NCBI RefSeq assembly: GCF_001194135.2
Contig: NC_068988.1
Location: forward strand, 4,349,249 to 4,413,248
DNA: 64,000 bases
Direction of reading: 5' to 3'
Source: Octopus bimaculoides
Lineage: Eukaryota
The notes under the pieces were generated by a model. It was not told the DNA's origin. It saw only the letters and a list, made by a program, of their open reading frames with translations, and did not search any database. Below, in pieces: positions 24,802-38,909 of this stretch (positions are counted from its first letter, which is position 1; each line of letters opens with the position of its first letter). Both the position numbers and the translations under genes were made by a program.

Positions 24802-27204
24802 CTGTTGGTGGGTCAGAAGCCAGTAAAATAAGGAAGTAATCAACTGTGTTGATCACAGTGTGTAAAAGACAGTTATTGATGAGGTGTAAAAGTTGAAGTT
24901 TGCAGTGGTAGGATTTGAATTCCAAATGTAATAAAATACAAAGAAATATCGTAGTATTTCTTGCTTCCTTTGTAAGTGTTTCTTTTGCTTATCACGTCAA
25001 CAAACTGTGTGTCTTGGTTTAAGCAATGAACAAATTCCGTGCAAGATATTATGTAATACAGTTTAAGTATCTATAAAAAGTGATGCAACCCAACAACCTG
25101 TCACATTTAAAAAAAAAATAAGCATGCTAGGAAACAAAACAAGAGTAAAAGTTTAGAATCAGCCTGCAAACCAAACTGTAAAAATGGTTAATTTTATCTC
25201 CAATAAATAAAGGGTTTCTTTTGCAAGCCAATGTAATTAGTGTTGGTTTGCACACCTTAGGAAATAGCTACCACAAACCGCAGGTAAAGCTTGCTACCTG
25301 AACTATTATCGAAGTCAGAACTGTTGTCTTAGTGATTCTGTTCAATGATAAAGTAGTTATGCAAACAAGAGAACTGAGCTGAGGAAAGACTTCTAAAATG
25401 TATGAACATCTCATTTACCTTCTGATATTGACTCCAATTTTTAGACCCTCACCCACGGCCTGTCATAACTAACACTGTGATAAACATGATAATATTTCAA
25501 CTCTGCAGACAAAACAAGACATAATTTGACAGTTTACTTTCTAAATATCATATGTGCCTAATATATAATACCCCAAATATATATTAATAATTTTATTTAT
25601 TCACAATGATGCTATAATTAAAGTGTGTTTTATTCTGAAAAGATTTTCTCCCAACAAACAGTGAATTTATTAATTATAGTTTTGGAATGGAAAATCTGCC
25701 ATGTATTTGCAGCTAAATATTTTAAGTGTACATAAATATCTTTCAATAATAACAACCAGCTTTTGTGGGAAAGGTTGCTGTTATCGTTGCACTATCAACA
25801 TCATTTCTGTTACTACAACCACCATTATTCCCTCCACCACTACTCCTGCTTATCTTGCTGCTGCTGCTGCTACTACTACTACTACTACTAATACTACAAA
25901 AGTGTCTCTCTCACATCTTGGTTGAGTGGTTGCTTCGCCCCTGTTGTAAGATATTCCAAGCACAACATCATTCCTTGTTTATCTAGGACTACACTACCTA
26001 ATGTCCTTCCCTTAAGATAGGATAATGTCGAGTGTAAGCTGAAGGAAATTTGAGTGTTAGTTTTTGCAAATCAGGTCACACCAATCAGGGTCTTTATTGT
26101 TGTTGTTGTTGTTAAACTTCAGGCGACTCTCATAGTTAAAAATGCTATAACAATAATCTTGCCATCTTTTACTCAGACCATATAAATGTAGGGCTACATT
26201 ACCCAGTGTGTATTCCCTTTTCTTAAGACAGTAAAGTGTGTGTTGATAGCAGGCTGGTTTTTCTTTCTAGCACATTAATTAATTACATGTATGCTCATTC
26301 TTTGGTGTATCGTGGTTGAGTCATTAGATATCAGAAAAAGTTATGAGTAGCAGAAGCCTTTTCTCAAACAAATTGTAGGAATTTTCTAAATCTTTCCCAT
26401 TTGTACAATTGTGCATAAATTGTGACATAATATGAAAATATAGATGCATTTTAGAAATAATAAATGGTAATCTAGACTCTAGAGAACTGGTTTATTTATA
26501 GCAATAGAGTATCACAGCTTCGACAGAGAAATTGGGAAAACACTTAGAGAAAAAATATTAGAGTAAACAATGAGACGGGGGGGGGGGGCAGTAAAGAAAA
26601 CTAGCTGTGATCAAATTGATCAATAATCAAAAGAATTTAAGCCATGACTACTCGGTCTTTTTTTTTCAGAGATTCTCTAGTCTGGACTACATTTTCCAAA
26701 TATGTATAGTATTTTTGGGATGATAAGTTGCCATTTGTGAGAGATTTGACAGGTATTTCTAGCAAGAATATCTTTTGGGGCTTATATAAATCAAAGTAAA
26801 CAACTTGCCAGTTAATTTCCTGTACCTGGGTGGCATTCAGCTAATACAACCAACAACATACTATGTTCTCAACGGAATAGTCTACCTAGTTTCATGAAGT
26901 GCCACAGAGTGTGCGAAACAACAAATTTATAAAATTAATGAAAAGTTTATTAGTCTATGTTAAGTTGAACAACTTTGAAGAGACAAAGATAGAAATACAA
27001 ATTAATGAACCCATACGACCTCAGTCAGTGTGTAAAAAGGATAAAACAGCACCAGTCATGCTTCGTTGATGGATTGAAGTCAAGTCTCAGGTCTTTGGTT
27101 AATTTCCTCTCATCAGTCTCAAAGACCTTGAAGAAAATGTTATGGTCACTGCCCATATTTTAAAGATGATGATGATAATGATGATGGTGGTGGTGACAAC
27201 ATTA

Positions 27205-27385
27205 ATGATGATGCTTAACCCTAGGTCAGCATGAATCAAAGGCATTCCAGCCATGACTATTCCTACTTTTGTCATTCATCCTGTCATCTAATCCTACAAG
27301 ATCCAATGTGTCCTGTTCTTTTATTTAAATAATTAGATTGTGATTTTGAGGGAGACATGGACACAGTTTTTAGTAGGTTGAAATA
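27205..27385 (-). mobile_element. Interspersed repeat 3' end (family of 12320-12510)
   Basis: TTAACCCTAGGTCAGC...AAAGGCATTCCAGCCATGAC...TTTTGAGGGAGA. Confidence 0.6.
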
Positions 27386-27735
27386 TACTTCAAGTTTTCT
27401 CACTGACACCATGAAGATGATGATGATGTGTGTGTGTGTGTGTGTGTGTGTGGTATTAAGGAGGATTGATGAACAAGTAATGCATGAATATTGACTGTAA
27501 TGAGAACCTCGACTGATATATTATTGGTAAAGAATTGATGGAGAACCAAGCAGTGTTACAACGTATCTGCTGTGACACAAATAAAATTAACCAATAAACT
27601 AAATGAGAAAATGATGAAATTAAAAACAAATTAGATTTTAGAAGGGGGTGGGGAAGGAGGAATCTTCCTTTAATTACATTTACCTCTACATTTTCTTTCA
27701 TTAACTGCTTTTCTTTTTTCTTTTTATGACTTATT

Positions 27736-27804
<69 letters not shown>

Positions 27805-28543
27805 GTATATACACAAGCACACACACATATGTACGTATGTATGTATAAACATATATGTTTTTGTTTTTACAGAAATATATTTTTCATGTGTGAACAATGT
27901 AGTTTTATATTGTTTTATATTGTTCTTCATCCTTTTAATTTTTTATTGTGAATGAAACTTGTTGACTTTTTGACTTCTTCAAGTTGGTCTTTGACATAAA
28001 TTGATGTAAACATTTGAATTATAGCTAATAAAAATACAAATAGCTTACTAGAGAAAGTAAGAGTTAATGGTTTAACCAATACTAAAATCAATGTATTGGC
28101 TGCTGATCACTTTATTAGATCAGATAAGTAAAAACACTAAATAAAATCCTGGCAAAAATAGATATAAAAAAAAGCAATAACATGATCTATAATAGAGATT
28201 TTTTTCAATAATTTGTATGATAATTATAATTACAGTTGTTTAAGAGACACAGTGCTGTGAGGTTAGAACTGATCTTTACCATGTCCATTGGTTCAAATGC
28301 TCCTTACAGCCAGCACATTATCACCATAAAAGACACTTTACTCTTTCCACTGCATATGGAAACCACTAATGAGTAATTGCTTCAGCAACTCATGTACAAA
28401 TGATTCATTTTCTAAAACATCTCATCTGACATTTGTAAGTAATATGTATACACATATATATATTAGACAATAAATCGTATGGTATACACCTGGTAGCTTA
28501 CCAGTAAAGCACATTCACTTTCATAGTGTTTGTTGGGTATTTT

Positions 28544-29244
28544 AATAATGACAGATGGAAGATGGAAGATACAAAAATGTTCATTAATCACTAGAATTGT
28601 TTCAACCAATCTTGCATCGATCCCTCATGGGTGGGATATGAAACAACTGGTTTAGGAGTATCTGACAGTATAGATGTGTCTTTTCAGGTGATTGCAAGAT
28701 GTATCCTGTCAAAATAACAACTCTTCAGCAAGATATCTTCTCAATTTGTGTATAGAAAAGCAGCAACTTAAAGGACGTAGCTTCATTTTTATATAAGATC
28801 AATCGTAAATAAGCAGTAGTTACACAATACAGTGAAAAATGTAATAACTATAAGCATTAACAGATACAGATGTATAAACGCCCTCGCTTAGGTTGCCTGG
28901 CACACATACACTCACTTGTACAAACATCCATGAAGATATAAGCTTGTGCACATCCATGGTTTAGTGCACATATGCTCACACAATGAATTAAATTAGCTAC
29001 TTGTTGTTTATAAGAATGGGGAGGCTAGAGTTAAATTCAATTCATCCATAACTTAAGGTAAATTATGATTATTAATTTAGTTAATGGTTACTCGAATTCA
29101 TTCCCACTGCATTGTGTTAAGTGCATTTATAAGCAGTTGTTAAGTATCCAACTCTTGAGGAATCGATACTGGAGGGGTCGAAACAATTGTAGTGATTAAT
29201 AATAAACATTCTTGTATCTTCCATCTTCTATCTCCCTCATTATT
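28544..29244. mobile_element. Old PLE-like element with ~105-bp inverted arms carrying decayed HHRs
   Basis: 28544-28650 is the reverse complement of 29134-29244. The right arm reads TTGAGGA-ATCGAT-ACTGG-AGGGGTC-GAAA-CAATTG-TA, with palindromic stem III ACAATTGT. Confidence 0.65.
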
Positions 29245-29325
29245 CAAATATATATATAGAGAGAGAGATGAGACTCAGATATTCTCTTAGAAGTGCTCAA
29301 GAGATTTAAACTTGAATGGGTTTAG

Positions 29326-30160
29326 AAGTAAATCTAGGGATAAGCAAGTTGGACAGGTCAATATATAAAGTACATTAAATACATGAAATACACAAAAAGT
29401 GTATATATGTTTATATACAAAAGGTCAACTTCATACACCTCTGCATACCATGGCACCCTCCCCATTCAATACCAACCCAATTCCTTTGTCCTACTATCAA
29501 CTGTTATAGTGACCACCAACTCATCCCCCCACTCTATCCCCCCTCCATCTTCTCTCCTACCTCTCTACACACCTTAGTAATCTCCCTCATTCACTGAACC
29601 AGTCAACTTATTTCCCTCAAAGAATGTCCATTCCCTTTCTCACAATCTCAACCATTAACTACAAAGTCTTCATACAAACTAACACAATTGATTACCATTC
29701 ACATACTACCTACACCCCCTCCTCCTACCTTCCTCCTCTGTAATTCCCTATCAGCCTCTTTATTAATCCCTAACTCTTGAAATTTATATTCTCCTCTCAC
29801 TTTTCTCTATCTGAATATCTCCCCAATTCCTTCCTCCAACAAACTTACCTCTCCACAAAATCATTCCATCTTTGAACTTCTTTCTTTCAACAACTCAAAT
29901 GTAAGATCTCTTCCCTGAAGACAGATTCTCATCTCATCTGACAATGGAGTCAATCTACAAGCATTATTTTGGACCACCGGGCTCCCAGAAACAGCTTTTG
30001 GATTTGTAACACTTTCCTTCAACCGTTTTAATTCTCAATATTATTTCTATTCTGTGTAAGTCAGGCCTTTTCATATCTAAACATATATACATTTTTCGTA
30101 TTTCACGTATTTAATATACTTTTTATATTGACTTGCACAACTTGCTTATCCCTACATTTA

Positions 30161-30163
<3 letters not shown>
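29326..30163 (+). mobile_element. 5'-truncated PLE 3'UTR/pLTR with inverted copy of its 3' end at the 5' junction and a decayed HHR
   Basis: 29326-29438 is the reverse complement of 30054-30163. C/T-rich body. CTGACAA-TGGAG...CTCCCA-GAAA-CAGC at 29938-29995. Confidence 0.65.
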
Positions 30164-30235
<72 letters not shown>

Positions 30236-30239
<4 letters not shown>

Positions 30240-30440
30240 TACTCTAAGGCACAAAGCTTGAAATTTTGGGATGGGGGTGGGGGGCCAGTCAATTAGATCG
30301 ACTCCAGTATGCAACTGGTACTTAATTTATCGACCCCAAAAGTCGACCTGAGTGGAATTTGAACTTAGAATGTAAAGACAGACGAAATACTGCTAAGCAT
30401 TCCACTCGACATGCTAACACTTCTGCCAGGTTGCTACCTT
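30236..30440 (-). mobile_element. Meta-like tRNA SINE
   Basis: CAACTGGTACTTAATTTATCGACCCC...GTCGACC...GAATTTGAAC...ACGAAATACTGCTAAGCATT. Confidence 0.8.
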
Positions 30441-32989
30441 TGATTACAGAATCAAAGAAGGAAAAAATGTAGTGATGGAAATGGTCAAGAGGAAACCACA
30501 GAGAAATGGTGAGAAAAAGATAGTTAATTTTCAGGACATGTCTCAAATTGATTTCTCATTTATAAAGATTTGCTAAATAATAAAAGACAGTCCACAACAA
30601 GAAATAAACAAGAAATAGGTAATGAAATAGCAAAGATAGAAGCTGAAATCTAAAATGTCAGAAATTTCATGCAGAGAGTTTTTCTGTGGTGTGTGTGTGT
30701 TTTGAAAATTACAAAGCAAATGTTTCAATCTATGTAAACAATTAAGAATGTCTCTTCTTGAATTAAAATTGTTCCTGTTTTACACTGACATAAAAAAAAT
30801 TGTGGTTAAACAAAAAGGAAAACTTGGCTTTCCTGAACTATTACCATGCTTATAAGCTTATAAGGTACTTTCACTTATTCTCTTTAATCTTCAAATATTC
30901 TTTAACAGACTGGTAGCACATTTCTTGCTTGGATTGACCAAAAAGTATCCACGATAGTAAAGTTTTTGCTTACATTTAGTTTCTCACAATCTAAAGTAAA
31001 ATTTTGGCTTTGAGGTTCAATTCTACCTTGGTGCTGTATACTAATGAACTGACAAGGCAATTTTGATTAAGTGGGTGGTGACAGCTTAAATTACCAGCTA
31101 CTCTTAGTAATGGCATTACCATTATTTAACTGATACTTCATGTTGAATTAATAGTGCTGCTGAATTTTTTACAAAGGTAAAAATCTTGACAGAAATTTTT
31201 TTACTGCCCATGTAGGGCTTACATTTTTTCAAATAAAATTACTAAATCAAACTCTTTGGCTATATTTATGCAAAACATTCAAGACAAAAACTGGATTATA
31301 TCACAGAGTGTTTCAATGTCTGTTTCTACATTTGTGAGCTAAAAGTGTGGTATTTATCCTATAGTATCTTTAAAATGTTCGGAACAACTAATTGCTTTGT
31401 TTAAGATAGGGAAGCTTCTGCAAAAGCATGTGTACCTGAAGATATGAACTTATATATACATCTGCTAATATTGAAGACTAAAGTGCAAATGATCTTTGTT
31501 TGGTGATTAAAATCACTATTAATATATTATTAAATAATCTTTCGTAAGGTTTGTAAAAAGGAAATGTTTGTTAGTATCCAAATATAGTGTTGTGCTAAGA
31601 AAATTAATTTTAACAAGGTTACTCTCAAAGTAAATTTTATTTGTAATTCGCAGAACATTGAAATACATACACAAATAAATATTACACACACACACACACA
31701 CATATGTGCTAAATTACTATCTTCTTACTTCTGCTAATATCTATACCTTTGTAGGTTTAAATATCCCAACATTGTCTCATCACCTTCTTAGTTTGACCCA
31801 CTTAATCATATTTATAACCTGAAATTAATTACTGTTTCCTTATTGTTTAATCCAATATGTATTCTTTGTGGTTATCAAATGGTTTATGTCACTTGCGTTA
31901 AACAATTTCAGAAATATGTGGCTGATTTTTCCAAAATCATTTATGAACCAGCTTTAAATATTCACACCATTTTCCTCCATACTTCCCTTATTTGGCAAAT
32001 AACTACCTTTCATTTTAACTTCACTTACACTTACCTATAGATTTGCTAGTATCTTATATGCAGGTTTTATTCTGTTTTCTGTTTTTGTACTCACTCCATT
32101 TATCTTATCGATTATCTCTTTTTGAATATTTCTCTTCAATAAGACAACCAGTATCTGTTAGCGTCACCTTCATTAAATAAATACTTTAACTCTGCGAGTC
32201 TTGTATTCAATGCTCTTCTTTGATTCTGGTAAATTCCTCCTCCCAATGGACGCTTTCAATTTTACATGCAAACCTATATGTGTGGTGGGATGTATTATAT
32301 CATATTATATCTTATGATATCATATATAACAGCACAGAATAATAAGTAGCTCCTAACCATCAGCATTTGTTTTCAAAATGAGGAATTGCATTAGATCACC
32401 TGATCACCTTTCCATTTACCCATCTGTGTGATGTGTCATTACTCCCTCTGCTTCACTTTATTTTTTATTAAAATTCATCATCTTTTTATCATTGTTATTT
32501 TTACTATTCTTCCCTCTGGCCTTGTCTGACCTTCTATACTGTTAGCCACCACCCTTCCTCATCCAGTTCACTCTTTATTGTCATTCACAACTGTTCCTTG
32601 TTATCAACCCTTTCTACAATTAATCATCACTGTCTCTCTCTCCTCACTGTCACTCTATCCTCACTATCTCTCTCCATTTCTCTCTCACACTTTCTCTTTC
32701 TCTCCCTTCTCCCTTCCTTTTTTCTTTCTTATTCTCTCTCACCCTTACCAGTAAACATGCTGCTGCCATCACTATCTCTCTCCCATTACTCTTCTACCAT
32801 TATTTCCCCAATTCCTTCCCTCCTCTTCCACACTTTCACTCTAACCCCACCATTTCCCCATTCATAATATTGCTTCTTTCTCCCTATCACCCAAATTCAT
32901 CTTATGCAACCTCTCTGCTACCAGTCCTATCGGTTATGTTGCTTCAGATAAGTGGAGACCAGGTAGAACAGTACAGGGCTATTTCACTG

Positions 32990-33342
32990 TTTATGGTGCC
33001 TTAATAAAACGCACCCAGTACACTTTCTACAGTTGTTACCAAATAAACAGAAACAACATAGGATAGAGAGTGTTGTCGGTGTTGTCTTGTCAAAGACTTG
33101 ACAACCTCTCTGCGGTTAATGCCATGATAAATTGCCTTCATTACACTCTATGAAATTGTTGGTATTAGGAAGAACATCCACCCATAAAAACGATGCCAAA
33201 AATGAAACATGTATGAGTAAAATGTGATGCTCAGATTTTGTAGGGGATGAATACAGTGACTCAATGAAAACTGTACAGATCAGGACTCATCCAGCTCTTG
33301 CCAGTATGGAAAGCAGATGTAAAATAATGATGATGATGATGT
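32990..33342 (+). mobile_element. RTE-tail repeat(s), degenerate
   Basis: GCACCCAGTACACT, GGTATTAGGAAGAACATCC, GCCAGTATGGAAAGCAGATGTAAA-(GAT)n. Confidence 0.6.
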
Positions 33343-36279
33343 GGGAGTTCAATACTTTAGCTAGAGACAAAATACTGGAATTAAGATAAAAGCCATTAAG
33401 CTTTCAGGCAGTTGATTTTTTTTTATTCTTTCAATTAAGGCTTCTCTGGTCTATTAATCATTTATAACCAAGTCTGTAAATAAGTATTCACATTAACTCA
33501 TAGTTTTAAATACATTAATGTGACTACATTTCTCGTTACATTTAATGTCTATATATACAACATATAGTAACACATACAACATAGAGCATATGCAATATAG
33601 AAATCCTAACAGCCATATACATAATTTACATGGATATATAACATATACAGCATATAAACCATATATAACTAACATATACATCAAGTACAAGATATACATA
33701 TTTCCATTATTTAAAACTCTTGCTGTGAAAGATGAGCAATTTTTATGAAGAATTGATTGCATGTGATTGATAGATTGCCAGTTTGTGTCTTCCCAGTATC
33801 ATTATCTTTGTACTAAGCCTCTAATAAACAAGTAGATCACATTTCATGAGTCAGTTTACTCGGTTGTAAACAAGCCCAACAAGGTAGGAGCAATGCACAC
33901 ACAATAAAAGCATTGCATGTATTTTGATGCTCATTTACTTTTATAGCTTGTAATACATATTTCAAAACCTGCCCTGAAATAATAGCTGTAGTTTATTTCT
34001 GACACTAATATAGGTTCATAAATTTGCTGGGAGCACTACATTAACCATCTTTCTTTTAAAATAGGATGAATAAGAGGAGGAAAGGTAGCACCTGTGATTT
34101 TTTTGTTGTGGGGGTGGGGTACCAAAGTGGAGAGAAAGAAATTATCCTAAAGCCAAAGGTCTGGTCCTGATGTTTGAAATGGAGCAAAATCCATCAAAAG
34201 CCACTCAAGAGTCAGATGATAGCATTAATTCAGATGGCAGTTTAAGTTTCCCACAAATATATACACCTGGAAGAATTTACTTAATTAATTCTGGATAAAC
34301 AAAAAGAATAGTGAATCCTGGTTGGATCTGAAATTGATATATCAGAGGACACCCGAAAATAATGTTTAATGTAACATATCACCATCTCTGCCAATGGGGA
34401 CTAAAGACAAGTGCAAAGTAGTTTGATAGAATTTAATAAAATGTACAGTGCTAATTCCAGTCGCCAGGATAGATGAAGGTTAGGAAGTGGTTTAAGATCA
34501 CAGTTTTATGGAACTATTAATCTAGAAAGCTATTTTTTAAAAGGATATTCAGTTTAGGGAACTGTGATGTTATTTTGGGTTGGAACTACAACCAAAGATC
34601 AATGAGAAGACTCAGACCAAGATTATGGTAATGCTTTATTACGAGAGGACATATTAAAGAAAAACAGATAAGCATCTCTGCTTGCATGGTTTTTATTTAT
34701 TCTTGTTAGCTTCTTTTGGATAGGAAAGAATGCTTGGCTTATTTTCTGTAGATTAATTTCTGTAAAGAATGCAGTTTATGTCTTGAATAGAGAGAAGAAA
34801 ATAAAATGGAAAAAGAAGAATGATGGAAAAGCTTACAGGATGGCACTATTTGGGTAAGTAGATGGGTGGGTATTTTGTATAGCATTTAGAATGACATTTA
34901 CACATATAGTCGTTGTTTGGTTAAGTTAGGGGGGGGGGTTCTAGGTTAGGCGAGTGACAGGAACAAGAAAATATAACAAAAGATATTTAGTAACAGATGC
35001 AAAAGGATGGGGTGGGGTGTATGTCTACTGAGTGGAGAGTAGTGGCACTAGAAACTTCAGCTGGAATATCAATAGCTGCAGTAACAGTGGTAGCAATAGC
35101 AGACGATGCAGCAGCAACAGTAGTATCATTATAAATGGTGTAGAAGCAGAGTTAATCGATGAAGAGAGTGAGAAAGAAGAGAGATAAAAGTATGGCTCGA
35201 TTCATTGATCCTTGAACCGGACGGTAGCATGACATCGATTAAGTCAGGAGACAGAGGAGATTAAATAAAAGCATTTGAAAAATTCCAATAAAGAAAAGCA
35301 TCTATCTTCTTCCTCTTAGCTATATCTCTTTAAATATTCAACTGGTGTAGCTGTAAACAGGTTGATCTTCAGAAATACTGAACTACAAAACCCACTTAGT
35401 CGATACCTATTTTATTTGTATGTAAAGTTTGTTTGAGAGGAAGAAAATATGATTTACAATGGTACACTGTATATGTTTCATGGCTGGTTGAATTATTATA
35501 GAGATAAGAGCAATGCAGGAATTGATGCTGGTCAGTAAGAAGTTCAGAAACTGCAGATCAGCAGTTCAAATTCATACATACCCCAGTGAATAATAATATA
35601 TGTATATATATATACAAGTACTGCATTTCTGTTCACAGTGTCAGTTAATTCCTCTTTAGGACTACCTCTAGCTGCCATTTAGACTTTTGCAGTTAAAAAG
35701 AAAGTTTTTTTTTTTTTTTCTGGAATATGAAGAGATGACAAATGAGAGGAAACCCATCAAACCCTATTTTAACAGCTGAACATTGTAAATCTAGAAAAGT
35801 GACCACAGACACATTTGATGAAAGATGAAATTTGTTAGACAATCTTCAGGATTTAATTACTGGACCTCTTATAGTTTAGCCACAAAATATTTTCTTACAA
35901 TGTAACTACATAATCTTATGAAATGATACTTTATTCTCAACTGTTGAAACCCTATGGTTCATCCACAGGTTATGTTCTCACAACGTACTTATTATATATG
36001 TTTATAAAACCTATTCTGTATCATTTCTCACCAGATTTATTTATAAACATGCTGTGTTGGTAATTCTGTTACCAATTATAAAGATTACTGGTGCCTTAAC
36101 ATAGCTTTGTTCCAATGTTATATGTCAGAATGTTTATTATACACAAGCATGTGTGTGTAATGATTATCCCCTCCTCTCTCTCTCTCTCTCTCTCTCTCTT
36201 TTTCTTCTGTTATCCCTCAGTTATAGGGACAACTTTAGATCCTTAGTCTTGCAAGTTCTGAAGCAATCATCTCTTATAA

Positions 36280-36500
36280 TGGTGCCATGAAAGTAAAGTG
36301 GTTGGCATTAATTAGGAAGGGTAGGCAATGATAGACACCATGACCAAAGTAGACATTGATGCCTGATGCAGACCTCTGGCTCATCTGATCTTGTCGAACC
36401 ATCCAAGTGATGCCAGCACAAAAACAGAAATTCAATGATGGTGATTGATGTCATCATCATCATCATTGCAGTTAGTGTCTGTGTCCATGCTGGCATAGGA
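36280..36500. mobile_element. Two RTE-tail repeats meeting tail to tail
   Basis: A plus copy ends in GATGGTGATTGATG. A minus copy starts (CAT)n...TCCATGCTGGCAT. Confidence 0.55.
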
Positions 36501-36710
36501 CGTGTGTGTGTAAGTGTGTATGAGTATGTGTGTGTGAATGTGTGTGTGTGTGTGTGAGTACACTCACTCATACATGTGTGTTTACTAAAATAGTGGGGTA
36601 ACATACACCACTACCCTCCACCCCCATACTTACCATTTATTCTGCATTCTCATCAGCCAATGACCACTTCTACTCATAAAATTCAATGAGTAAACCAGAC
36701 TAAATCTCAC

Positions 36711-36839
36711 CAAAAGTTCTACTTTCATGAATGTCACCAACATTGGTAGGACTAATGACTTATATTCCTGGCTGATTGATGATGCACAGAAAAGCTTTGT
36801 TGTGTGCTGGATTAAAGCTGCTTCAGTGGAACATGATCT
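36711..36839 (-). CDS. Candidate internal exon of unidentified host gene (phase 0 to 0, 129 nt)
   Basis: Acceptor ccacttttctcacataacAG, donor TTG|GTGAGA, open frame RSCSTEAALIQHTTKLFCASSISQEYKSLVLPMLVTFMKVELL. Confidence 0.45.
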
Positions 36840-37126
36840 CTGTTATGTGAGAAAAGTGGCAACTAATAGAAAAGGAATTCCTGTTTCCGTGAACCATGAT
36901 GGCCAGCCTAACTGTTAACTTAAACACACTCATCAAAGTCACTTATTGTGTCTTGTTTGATTAATAAACGACTGATGTATTAGCAGGGTTTTAATTCATT
37001 GCTATACTATATACTACAGACTATATTGATATTCTATAGTATATATTCTATACATTATAGAACATGACTGTAATCAATAATAAATATCCTGTACCTTACA
37101 GACTGTGTCTATATTCTGTAATCATT

Positions 37127-37512
37127 ATCATCATCATCATCATCATTTAAAATCCGCTTTCTATGCTGGCATGGGTTGGACAGCTTGACTGAGAACTGGC
37201 AAGCCATGAGGCTGCACCAGGCTCCAATCTGATCTGGCAAGGTTTCTACAGCTGGATGCCCTTCCTAATGCCAAACACTCTGAGAGTGTAGTGGGTACTT
37301 TTACATGCTACTAGCATGGAAGCCAGTCAGGTGGCACTGGCATCAGCCATGCTTGAATGGTGCTTTTTATGTGCCACTGGCATGGGTGCCAGTCAGGCAG
37401 CACTGGCATCAGTCACACTCAAATGGGGCTTTTACGTGTCACTGGCACAAGTGCCAGTCAGGTGGCACTGGCATCAGCCATGCTCAAATGGTGCATTTTA
37501 CATGCCACTGGT
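37127..37512 (-). mobile_element. RTE 3'UTR copy with three ~69-bp internal tandem units
   Basis: RTE tail at 37127-37300, then GCCAGTCAGG.GGCACTGGCATCAG.CA..CT..AATGG.GC.TTT.A.GTG.CACTGG repeated 3 times. Confidence 0.8.
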
Positions 37513-38047
37513 ACATAACTTACAGAATATATCATATGAAATAGCTATGCAAACATCATATCTTTATGTACCATAGCTTCGTAAACAGATGAAGAGAGAA
37601 TTTCAATCCTGTAGTTAGGTTTTACTAGAATTAAGTATCATCCTTAACTATTTACAGAGTCACTGTTTATACACCTATTATTATTAATGGCTTAACTAAA
37701 CTTGAGAGACCAATTTGCATATATAATACATTCTTGGTAGTTAAATCAGTTTAAATTACTGCATTAACTGTGTTTTATTCGAATACTATACTACAGAATA
37801 CATTTATACAATTTCGCTTACACTATATGTAACAAACAGACGTAAATACTTTGTTTCTATATATCATATCTTTGTGGAGAGAAAGGAAAGGGATGAGCCA
37901 GATTAGTTTCTGTGAACAATTATAAACTATGATATTGTACATATATATATATATATATGTTGATACAATGACAGTTTGTGTATAAAGCTTGAAACACGTG
38001 TACCGTGATATCCTTTCTGTTCTGTCTTCATTTTACGTTTATTATAT

Positions 38048-38048
<1 letters not shown>

Positions 38049-38104
<56 letters not shown>

Positions 38105-38340
38105 GTTTAACGTCTGCTTTCCATGCTAGCATGGGTTGGACGATTTGACTAAAGACTGGTGAACCAGATGGCTACACCAGGCTCCAACGCCAACCACTCC
38201 GAGAATGTAGTGGGTGCTTTTATGTGCCACTGGCATGAAGGCCAGTCAGGAGGTACTGGCAGCGGCCACGCTTGAAATGGTGTATTTTACGTGCCACCTG
38301 CACAGGAGCCAGTCCAGCGGTACTGGCAACGAACACTCAG
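38049..38340 (-). mobile_element. RTE-tail repeat with internal deletion and long (CAT)n
   Basis: CGTTTAACGTCTGCTTTCCATGCTAGCATGGGTTGGACG. The CAGGCTCCAA/CGCCAACC junction lacks the central segment. Confidence 0.8.
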
Positions 38341-38749
38341 TGAGTGTACTATATATATACTCTAGTAATCCTATATTTGTGCAATCAGTCACAGGGTTAA
38401 AGACCTTGGTGCCTGGTGAAAAATTTGACTGGAAACATATTTCACATTTGAAAATATCTTTAAACACTTTGAATTAATTTTGATCTGTAATTAACAAAAT
38501 TTTAAAAATCTAGTAATTAATTTTTATACTAATTAATAATGAAAGTAAATACAAGTATCCTTAATTTTAGAATAGTAGAGCTGTCAAGTTTTATTGGCTT
38601 ATATCTCATTTGCATATGGTAAAATAATTTAACTAATTCCCGATTAGAATAATTTGGGGAAGGGTGGCCACTACAAAGGGAGGCCTGCTGCATGAAAACA
38701 TAATAGTAAACTTTATGATAACATGTGTAAGAGTCAAGAAATTTTATTG

Positions 38750-38909
38750 TACAAGCTGTAGAGTGGTGGGTGTTAAAAGGGGGCATCTAACCAAAGAGAC
38801 CATGCTACAACAGACATTGGAACATCACACAGCCCTGTGTTGCTTTGAATCCTATCAAACCCTCCAACCCATGCCAGCATATAAGATAGACATATAAAAT
38901 GATGATCAT

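Noticed and set aside
34130-34290. Short ORF ending PQIYTPGRIYLI, reminiscent of a lipase C-terminal motif
   Set aside because: No splice support and too short to be meaningful.
8160-36839. Recollection-based resemblance of candidate exon peptides to MMS22L (TE.AL...LF, W....ELLK, LSLNR)
   Set aside because: The matches are short and low-identity, and a plus-strand candidate exon gave a similar-level match, so they are consistent with chance. No gene symbol assigned. TBLASTN would be needed.
38246-38467. ORF beginning FKCEICFQ (C2H2-like)
   Set aside because: No His pair or linker, and it runs into an RTE-tail repeat.
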